NCBI RefSeq assembly: GCF_000092105.1
Contig: NC_014148.1
Span: 4,740,001-4,772,000, forward strand
Direction of reading: 5' to 3'
Length of the DNA: 32,000 bases
Origin: Planctopirus limnophila DSM 3776
GTDB taxonomy: Bacteria; Planctomycetota; Planctomycetia; Planctomycetales; Planctomycetaceae
The position numbers and the translations under genes are program-made. Shown here in pieces: positions 25,631 through 32,000 of the stretch. How positions within the stretch are numbered: position 1 is the first letter of the stretch; every line of letters starts with the position of its first letter. Under the pieces are notes generated by a model that was not told the DNA's origin, did not search any database, and saw only the letters and a list, made by a program, of their open reading frames with translations.

Positions 25631-26812
25631 ATGAAAACAACTATGCAAATGATACTCAGTCAGCTAATGACCAGGCAAATCTTCGTACTTGTTTTATCTT
25701 CATGCTGCCTAATGTCATTTACGCATTCCTCTAAATGTCATGGAGAAGATGGAATAACAGACGCCTATGTTCAAAAGATCGTGGAAGGCCATAAGAATAT
25801 TTGTGAGATTCGTAACAATAGTCTAATCAGTCTGCGATATATGAAGCGATCAAAAAGGTCGCCTGCAGTTCTAGCAACAAAGATATGGAATATCGACGAG
25901 AAGTTTAAAACTCATCAACTCGAAATACCTGGTGCCCCTTCTCCAGACATTATGATAGACGACACAAGATTGGAGAAAGATCCTGATGCAGTAAGGGTTG
26001 CCACAGAAGAATACGAATTTTCGTTTCACAAAAAGCCCACAATTGTTAACGGCCAACGCCAACCTGGACCGCTGATTCTATCGGCAACAACTATCGAGGC
26101 CCAACAATTGAATTATTGGCAGGAAAGAATGCAGGAAATGTTGGCGCAGCATGTATGGGGGGCAACTACGTTCTGTGGAAAGAATTCGCAGAATTTCTTT
26201 AATGAACCGTCAACGAGCTATATCTCTTACGATTGGAAAATGTTGTCTTTTGAATGCAAAACACTCCAGATTGATAAGCTGCCAACTGGGGTGTTGAGAA
26301 TGAATTTTTCAGTTCATGCCGAGATGTTGAATGGCCGCAAGGAAAAGCAGATCCTGGATGACGTACTAGCCAGCGTAGATTTCGATCCGATGAATTCTTA
26401 TCGCGTCATATCATCAGATATGACATCAACATGGAGGTGGGTACCACAGAAGGGAAATTTGGGAGACAGGTGGTGTCGATTCCGAGTGGAAAACGAATAT
26501 AGTGATTCATTTGGTCAGGGAATTATTCCGAAAAGAGTTTTAGCCCAGGAGTGGCAGGCAACAAGTCAGGATGGATTGAACACGACGCCATTCGCCATCT
26601 ATGAATACCTTATCGACAAGGTGGAGTTTGGCACTGTCACACCGGCCGATTTTCGCGGGGAACCGTACGGAGTGCCCGCTTCGCTCATTGAGCAGGACCC
26701 CCTAACTCCACCGGCCGCATGGTGGTGGCCCTGGCTCTGTGGGCTGTTGGGTGTCAATGCACTCCTGGGCCTCATGTGGTGGTTTAAACGTCGGCGAGAG
26801 TCGATGGCATGA
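25631..26812 (+). CDS. Unrecognised-family protein, paralogue 1: N-terminal signal/anchor, about 330-aa ectodomain, C-terminal TM helix plus WWFKRRRE tail
   Basis: Clear paralogy with 26856-28040 ([26 protein letters not shown]; [16 protein letters not shown]; IDKVEFG/IDRVEFG; EPYG). I prefer the start at MKTTMQM (25631); the track ORF starts at TTG 25589. It is AT-rich relative to its neighbours. Confidence 0.7.
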   Translation: MKTTMQMILSQLMTRQIFVLVLSSCCLMSFTHSSKCHGEDGITDAYVQKIVEGHKNICEIRNNSLISLRYMKRSKRSPAVLATKIWNIDEKFKTHQLEIPGAPSPDIMIDDTRLEKDPDAVRVATEEYEFSFHKKPTIVNGQRQPGPLILSATTIEAQQLNYWQERMQEMLAQHVWGATTFCGKNSQNFFNEPSTSYISYDWKMLSFECKTLQIDKLPTGVLRMNFSVHAEMLNGRKEKQILDDVLASVDFDPMNSYRVISSDMTSTWRWVPQKGNLGDRWCRFRVENEYSDSFGQGIIPKRVLAQEWQATSQDGLNTTPFAIYEYLIDKVEFGTVTPADFRGEPYGVPASLIEQDPLTPPAAWWWPWLCGLLGVNALLGLMWWFKRRRESMA

Positions 26813-26855
26813 GTACTCGCTATGTATCGCGTTAGGGAACGACGAGGTCTCTGCC

Positions 26856-28040
26856 ATGGAAAATACCTTCATGTTATTGAGTCGATGTGACCATCAATGC
26901 CTGTCTCGACGACTCGTACTTGTTCTGGTGGCTATGATCGTCATGGCCGCAGGGGAAGAGTCGCAATCGCTCTTTGCAGAAGAAGGAGTCGATTGGCAGG
27001 CTCGGGTTGTCGCAGGGCATGAACGCATTCGCCGGCAGCGGTCCAACAGCATTGTCTGGTTAAGGCAGGCGCGGCCGGGGTGGAAGCCGCCGTTCACCGA
27101 GATCACGAAGATCTGGCACCTCGATGGGAACTTCAAGTTTCACACGTTTGAGGTGCCCGACCTGACGACAACGGCCGATGTGGTCGACGACGTGAAACTG
27201 ATGAAAGATCCGTTCTCAGTGCGGATCGTGACACCACAATTTGAATTCGGACTCCGTCGGCTCTACAAAGAAGTCGACGGAGTGCGGGTGCTGGATCGCT
27301 TGCGTCGCACCACGCTGTCGATCGATGGCGAGAAGCTGGAGATGTGGCAACGGCGCATGAGCTGGACAATGTCCGAACATGCCTGGTCTTCGACGACGAT
27401 GTGCCACCTCGAATCGAGCGGCCTGTTCGCCCAACCTCCCAGGAACACCAATGCCTTCGGCTGGACAGTTGATAAGTTCACCGTCGGCCCGGTTGCGTTC
27501 GAGAAGCTTTCTTCGGGATTAGTGCGTATGTCAATTGCAACACACAGCGAAATGACAGATGTGCGAAAGAAACAGATCGTGTCGGATGTGGTCGAGGCCA
27601 CGGCTGATCTTGACCCCGCCCACAACTATCGCGTCGTCGAATCAGATTACATAGCGACAGGTAGCCAAAAGGTTCCCGGAAAAGAGGCGGCCCCTGCCTG
27701 GCATCGAGTCAGGATCGTTAACGAATACCGGGCGGGTTTTGGTCGTGATGTGTTCCCCACCCATGTTGTCACCCAGAATTGGAGCAGCAAGGAGCGTGAT
27801 AAGCTTTATGGGGAACCAAACTATAGCGACGAATACTTTATCGACAGGGTAGAGTTCGGCGAGGTGCGGGAATCCGACTTCAGGCCAGAACCTTACGGGA
27901 TCCGCCCCGAAACCCTGGAGATCGACCCTTTGCCACCGCCGACATCCTGGTCGGTCTATGGAATCTATGGCGGTGTCATCACCTGTGTGTTGATCGGGCT
28001 GGCATGGTGGTTCAAACGTCGGCGGGAGAGACTGGTATGA
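26856..28040 (+). CDS. Unrecognised-family protein, paralogue 2: same architecture as paralogue 1
   Basis: I prefer the start at MENTFMLLS (26856), because the track start at 26739 would overlap paralogue 1. Hydrophobic N-terminal anchor [14 protein letters not shown]. The C-terminus is [21 protein letters not shown]. Confidence 0.7.
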   Translation: MENTFMLLSRCDHQCLSRRLVLVLVAMIVMAAGEESQSLFAEEGVDWQARVVAGHERIRRQRSNSIVWLRQARPGWKPPFTEITKIWHLDGNFKFHTFEVPDLTTTADVVDDVKLMKDPFSVRIVTPQFEFGLRRLYKEVDGVRVLDRLRRTTLSIDGEKLEMWQRRMSWTMSEHAWSSTTMCHLESSGLFAQPPRNTNAFGWTVDKFTVGPVAFEKLSSGLVRMSIATHSEMTDVRKKQIVSDVVEATADLDPAHNYRVVESDYIATGSQKVPGKEAAPAWHRVRIVNEYRAGFGRDVFPTHVVTQNWSSKERDKLYGEPNYSDEYFIDRVEFGEVRESDFRPEPYGIRPETLEIDPLPPPTSWSVYGIYGGVITCVLIGLAWWFKRRRERLV

Positions 28041-29014
28041 AGACTCTAAAAACGTGGAGCCGAAAGCGAGGAGACTCGGTGCGAGCCGGTTTCACACTCA
28101 TCGAACTGCTGGTCGTCATCTTCATCATTGCGTTACTGATAGCGTTGTTGATTCCTGCTGTGCAGATGGCCCGGGAAGCGGCCCGGCGAACGGCCTGCCG
28201 GTCGAATCTGAAGCAGTTGGCACTGGCTCTGCATACCTATCACGAGCGGCACCAGGTGCTGCCGCCGGGAACGCAGATTGATGATGTCAGGCCGCCGCGG
28301 GATGTTCCCGGCCGGGGGGCGATCCGCTTCACGAAGCACTTTCCGTGGACCGTGATGATCCTGCCGGATATCGATCAGGGGGTGATGTACGCGCAATTCA
28401 ATTTCGATCTCGATTGCCAGCACGACCATCGCCCGCTCACGAGCCAGCAACTGAAGATTCTGCAGTGTGTTTCCGATCCTGCTGCAGGGCAGCCTGTCTA
28501 TTGGGATCGACCTTATTATGAAGGGCCGTGGGGTAGCAATAACTACCTGGGAGTTTCCGGCACCAATATGGCGACTTCGAAAAATTATGCCTGGCAATGT
28601 GCCGAGTATGATCGAGAGGCGGGGAAGGCACCGATCCAAAGCGGATTACTCTACGAAAACAGCAATTGCCGATTGCGGGACGTGACCGATGGCACCAGCC
28701 AGACTCTGCTTTTGGGAGAGCGAGGTGTTGTGCAGCAATGGGGAAAATGGGGTGGCGCCGGTGTGGAGCAAAGGTGCCCCTTTGGTATTGGCGATACGGT
28801 CCTGCCGGGAACAATCGACGATCAGTTATATCCCGGTGGGTTGCGTGAGCGGCAGGAGACGATTTCGGATCGATTGTTCTGGTGGAGCTGGCATGGTGGA
28901 GTGGTCCATATGGCATTTGCCGATGGATCGGTGCGTGGAGTTTCTGTTTCGACAGATCGTGGTGTGTTGACGGCATGGAGCACGCGGGCAGGTGGTGAAG
29001 TGGGGATCGAGTGA
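28037..29014 (+). CDS. DUF1559-family prepilin-like (type II secretion pseudopilin-like) protein
   Basis: Prepilin cleavage/methylation N-terminus [52 protein letters not shown]-terminal [15 protein letters not shown]. The ATG at 28037 overlaps the upstream stop (ATGA). Confidence 0.9.
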   Translation: MKTLKTWSRKRGDSVRAGFTLIELLVVIFIIALLIALLIPAVQMAREAARRTACRSNLKQLALALHTYHERHQVLPPGTQIDDVRPPRDVPGRGAIRFTKHFPWTVMILPDIDQGVMYAQFNFDLDCQHDHRPLTSQQLKILQCVSDPAAGQPVYWDRPYYEGPWGSNNYLGVSGTNMATSKNYAWQCAEYDREAGKAPIQSGLLYENSNCRLRDVTDGTSQTLLLGERGVVQQWGKWGGAGVEQRCPFGIGDTVLPGTIDDQLYPGGLRERQETISDRLFWWSWHGGVVHMAFADGSVRGVSVSTDRGVLTAWSTRAGGEVGIE

Positions 29015-29090
29015 GTGGTGTAAGTTAATAGAGTCGTTCCGTATCGGGGGTAGCATGACCCGGAAGGCCCAAAAAATCAAAACACAGCGG

Positions 29091-29135
29091 AAGGGCGTGG
29101 GCATTGGTCGTCACTTGATGGAAGGCCACGCCCTT
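29091..29135 (+). other. Long-loop hairpin AAGGGCGTGG-(25 nt)-CCACGCCCTT between the DUF1559 gene and the second DUF1573-like gene
   Basis: Perfect 10-bp stem followed by T. It lies about 55 nt upstream of the ATG at 29191. Confidence 0.35.
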
Positions 29136-29190
29136 TCGCAAAGCCTTCAGGGACGTGCCACACGGCAGTTTGTGATACAGAGGGAAGACG

Positions 29191-29661
29191 ATGTTTTTGC
29201 TATCCAAGATGAAGTTCGGGACTCTGCTGGTATGTCTGGCGGGGATCGACACTGCTGTGGCGATCTGTCTGTTCTGGCCGACAACGCCACCTGTGGTGAT
29301 CCAGTCTGTGCTGGATCTGGGAGAGGTTGTCGAAGGGACGGAGGTGCAGCCGGTCTTGACGATCAGAAACACCACTTCACAGCCCATCCGCTGCGTGGGT
29401 GCCGACGAGGCGTGCGGCCTGGGTTGCTTCCATGCCGAGGATCTACCGGCTGTGATCCCTCCTTATGGAGAGCTCAAGGTGACGTTATGGTTTGGTGCCC
29501 CTTCACTGAACTCGTTGCGAGAGCGGAAAGCGATTGGTGACCGGGCCGAGAATGAAATGACGTTCTATTTCGATGCCAAAGGCCACGCCCGAAAACCAGT
29601 CAAGCTGACCTGCAAGGTGATCCCCAAAAGTGAGCCGGGCATGATCCACAAGAATTCGTGA
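29191..29661 (+). CDS. DUF1573-like membrane-anchored protein (second copy, diverged)
   Basis: N-terminal hydrophobic anchor. LDLGEVVEGTEVQPVLTIRNTTSQPIRCVGADEACGLGCFHAEDLPAVIPPYGELKVTLWF follows the DUF1573 layout with a variant Cys motif. Confidence 0.6.
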   Translation: MFLLSKMKFGTLLVCLAGIDTAVAICLFWPTTPPVVIQSVLDLGEVVEGTEVQPVLTIRNTTSQPIRCVGADEACGLGCFHAEDLPAVIPPYGELKVTLWFGAPSLNSLRERKAIGDRAENEMTFYFDAKGHARKPVKLTCKVIPKSEPGMIHKNS

Positions 29662-29778
29662 GCACCGTAGTAGTAGTCGTAGGGTCAGCTATGTGGACCA
29701 TGTTCCGCCCACCACTACCTGCGATATCTTCAAAAGTAGGATACATGCCAATGCACCAATTGGACCATCCATTATAGC

Positions 29779-29810
29779 TGGTGCATTCCGTGGACTCCAT
29801 GCACCCTACA
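29779..29810. repeat. Copy 2 of the conserved hairpin element, TGGTGCAT-tccgtggactcc-ATGCACCCTACA
   Basis: 7-bp stem GGTGCAT/ATGCACC. It lies 34 nt downstream of the stop of the minus-strand gene at 29844-30308. Compare 18281-18314. Confidence 0.6.
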
Positions 29811-29843
29811 TAATACTTACCCGCGACACCAATCACAGGGACT

Positions 29844-30308
29844 TCACTCTTCGATGCGCCGCAATTTGACCGGCACCGTGAGCTGCGCGGTGGGATAGCC
29901 GCGTTCCGCCAGTTGCATGTATTCGGATTCGCTAAGAGTGGTTGCCGGCAGCGACTCAAACCCGTCGGCAGTGATTTGGAACCGCCACGAGGGCAGATGG
30001 ATGAACCAGGTGTTCTCCCAATGACTGCGAGAGCCGAAGGTGAGACACTGTGTGACGAGTTCCTCGGCGTGGCCGTTTCTGTCTGTCGTCAGTGTGAATT
30101 CACGGGCTTCACAATCGGCGCAAAGCCCACCCCGCTCCGCCCGGATATGAACCATCGCACCGGGGATCGGCTCACCGGTCGCCGCATCGACCACGGCGAA
30201 CCGCACTCTCAGATCAGCATGCCCCACCCATTTTGTACTGATGTAAAGAGGCGAACCAAGCACCACCGCCAGCCCGATCACAGGGAGCATCAGCGCCAAT
30301 CGACACAC
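29844..30308 (-). CDS. Membrane-anchored hypothetical protein with a carboxypeptidase-regulatory-like beta-sandwich signature
   Basis: N-terminal TM LALMLPVIGLAVVLG. RVRFAVVDAATGEPIPGAMVHIRAE...LTTDRNGHAE fits the V.D..G.PI.GA.V......TD.NG pattern. The assignment is tentative. Confidence 0.55.
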   Translation of the reverse strand: MCRLALMLPVIGLAVVLGSPLYISTKWVGHADLRVRFAVVDAATGEPIPGAMVHIRAERGGLCADCEAREFTLTTDRNGHAEELVTQCLTFGSRSHWENTWFIHLPSWRFQITADGFESLPATTLSESEYMQLAERGYPTAQLTVPVKLRRIEE

Positions 30309-30375
30309 CGCACCTCAACCGTTGGTTACCTACGGATCCTGCTTCTCTTCTGCGTACTCACCCTATTTCGTCTAT

Positions 30376-32000
30376 TCACAATTGTGTCAGAACTCGATCA
30401 ACGAATTGTGTACTCGACGCACGGACGAGCATTCGATCACAGAGTGTTGTCAAAACGCTAGAGACTTTTCCTGATTCACTAAGTTCCTCAAGAACTGCTG
30501 TAATCAACATGGTATTTTTCTGCCTAACCCCATCGATATACCCTCGCCTCTTACGTGCCTGCTTTTCCGCAGCCTCCCATACGCTTTCACCAAAATCACT
30601 CTTGACTGACTCAAAGATACATTTCGGCCAGCATACAAACTCATCCTTAAAAACAATATCTTTCGGAAACGACGGATGATCTGGAAATCCAAGCAGAGCA
30701 AAAAGACACTTGTTATCTCGCTCATGGCCTTTACGATTACTCTTGTCATCTCCATCAGTATCGAAAACAGCAAAATATGGAATACAAAGCTGTTGTGAAA
30801 TGACAATTGGCCTACTCAAGTTTGATTTACCTATCGCAACTACGAAGTGGCACCCATATTTGCGAAAGTCTCTCCATCGATTGGTAACTTTGAGGTGAGT
30901 CGCAATGAAGGCGACATCCTCAACTCCTTCAACAAGAACAGCAAATTTTGAAAAATACATCTCTCTAAGTGATGGTTGCATGATCTGTTCCAATGATGTC
31001 ATCACTACCGATGGGAGATCAGGCTTCGCCCCGAGTGCGCTAGCAATTGCATTCTCGTATTCAACAAAGCTTGTGCTCGCAACCAAAGAGCATTTGTCGT
31101 GTGAATGCTTTCGAACCACTCGCACATTCTCAAACCCCCTCGCGCTCACAAAATATGGACTATGCGTACTAATCATGACTTGTGAGTTTGTGCTGACACT
31201 CTCGGACAGTTCCTGAAGCACATCCGCAATATGCATAGCCTGAGACGGATGTTGATAGAGTTCCGGTTCCTCCATGCCTAGTATCAGCGTTGGTCCACTT
31301 TCTCCACCGCCCATCGCAAGTTCATGAAGGAGCGCAACGAGGAAAGCTCGTTGCATGCCATGCCCAAGTCTTGCAACTTCGCCAATAAAATTATCCTCTC
31401 CCAATGATGCTCTCGCTACTGGCTCCTGCACCACAACAGTTTTATTTGGGTCAAAGTACCAGGATAACTGTAGATTCGCATTGGGATTTGCCCATTCACG
31501 TAGTCGTTCTTGTATGTTCCCGCTGAGTTCGTCAAGAGCGGATTTTTCACTATCAAGCAGTTCCCTGTACTGCTTTTCCAATCCATTTCTTAACCGTGCA
31601 ATCGACTCCTTAAAACTAACCTTTGTTCGGATGGAACGCTGAAACAACTGACCGAGCGCTGTTTTACTTCCTTCCTCTTGTTCTGTTGATGCCTCTTTTA
31701 CAGCGGGAATATAAACCCATTGAATGTATTTGGAGAGAAGATTTGATCCTTTGGTGAACCCAAAAAATTGATGCGCCGATTCAATCAAGCTGCATAATTC
31801 TGGATGGGATTCTTCATATGCTCGAAGTGCGGCAACACGACTTGGTCCTGTCGTAGCATTTGGTAATTCTGAATAGGTCTTTTGAATGTCATCATAAATC
31901 TGTTTTAGCTCTGCGGCTTTTTTACCTTCTTCGTCGGCTTTAAAATATGGAGAAAAGTCTTCCATAACCATTCGCTGGCCGAATTGGCGAACTTCCGCAT
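30376..32000 (-). CDS. OLD-family ATP-dependent nuclease (ABC-type ATPase plus Toprim); the N-terminus lies outside the window
   Basis: Signature-like LGHGMQRAF, Walker B TLILGMEEPELYQHP, H-loop MISTHSPYF, Toprim glutamate AVLVEGVEDVAFI and DxD FAVFDTDGDD. The frame stays open to nt 32000, so Walker A is not visible. It is AT-richer than the flanking DNA. Confidence 0.8.
   Translation of the reverse strand, partial: AEVRQFGQRMVMEDFSPYFKADEEGKKAAELKQIYDDIQKTYSELPNATTGPSRVAALRAYEESHPELCSLIESAHQFFGFTKGSNLLSKYIQWVYIPAVKEASTEQEEGSKTALGQLFQRSIRTKVSFKESIARLRNGLEKQYRELLDSEKSALDELSGNIQERLREWANPNANLQLSWYFDPNKTVVVQEPVARASLGEDNFIGEVARLGHGMQRAFLVALLHELAMGGGESGPTLILGMEEPELYQHPSQAMHIADVLQELSESVSTNSQVMISTHSPYFVSARGFENVRVVRKHSHDKCSLVASTSFVEYENAIASALGAKPDLPSVVMTSLEQIMQPSLREMYFSKFAVLVEGVEDVAFIATHLKVTNRWRDFRKYGCHFVVAIGKSNLSRPIVISQQLCIPYFAVFDTDGDDKSNRKGHERDNKCLFALLGFPDHPSFPKDIVFKDEFVCWPKCIFESVKSDFGESVWEAAEKQARKRRGYIDGVRQKNTMLITAVLEELSESGKVSSVLTTLCDRMLVRASSTQFVDRVLTQL

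Noticed and set aside
28133-28976. Two minus-strand ORFs (168 and 179 aa) inside the DUF1559 gene, and 28992-29540 on the plus strand
   Set aside because: They are shadow frames of a gene with a textbook prepilin N-terminus. 28992-29540 conflicts with the better-supported DUF1573-like ORF and has R/G/C-rich composition.
18281-29810. The two hairpin-element copies as attL/attR direct repeats bounding an 11.5-kb island
   Set aside because: No integrase or mobility gene lies between them. The interval contains housekeeping rluD and GC-normal genes. The copies differ by indels and a compensatory change, which fits a dispersed structured repeat better than duplicated att sites.
29600-29959. 119-aa minus-strand ORF spanning the convergent intergenic region (contains ...CMESTECTSYNGWSNWC...)
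   Set aside because: It overlaps the 3' ends of both better-supported flanking genes. Its only independent part coincides with the hairpin repeat, so it is more likely non-coding structured DNA.
29844-32000. Calling the right-edge locus a Gabija (GajA/GajB) system
   Set aside because: The ATPase-Toprim architecture fits GajA-like and other OLD nucleases equally well. The gene downstream is a small membrane protein, not a UvrD-type helicase, and the upstream side is outside the window. Only the family-level OLD call is justified.

Overview
About 32 kb of chromosomal DNA that looks planctomycetal. The markers are a DUF1559 prepilin-like gene with the [10 protein letters not shown]-terminus, DUF1573 and DUF3500 genes, Tat-signal proteins, and a giant secretin with P/Q-rich spacers. 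Spot counts of single 60-nt lines give roughly 50-55 % GC. I can support 28 protein-coding genes. I saw no rRNA, tRNA, CRISPR array, transposase or integrase. The left two thirds is mostly ordinary: a partial amylosucrase, GNAT, TerC, a lipoprotein plus an orphan secretin, oligopeptidase A, YceI, RluD, DUF3500 and a sugar-phosphate isomerase. It also contains a compact inorganic-carbon module, sbtA-sbtB plus a Tat-exported beta-carbonic anhydrase. This module is divergent from a winged-helix regulator and an NtrC-like protein whose ATPase and sigma-54-contact motifs are degenerate. The most unusual part is a co-oriented block at about 23.5-29.7 kb: a response-regulator/RsbW-like kinase fusion, a 7-nt microsatellite, a DUF1573 protein, a small secreted 8-Cys protein, two diverged paralogues of an unrecognised family, a DUF1559 pseudopilin and a second DUF1573-like protein. 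The two paralogues are about 393 aa each and carry an N-terminal signal plus a shared C-terminal 'DPLxPP - TM helix - WWFKRRRE' tail. The pseudopilin start overlaps the second paralogue by ATGA. Perfect hairpins separate several of these genes. I propose this block as a candidate uncharacterised envelope/pseudopilus-associated system. At the right edge an AT-richer gene encodes an OLD-family ABC-ATPase/Toprim nuclease, which is defence-associated. Its N-terminus and any partner genes lie outside the window. A roughly 33-nt hairpin element occurs twice (18.3 kb and 29.8 kb) with a compensatory stem change. All functional calls rest on motif recognition by eye; no database search was possible.
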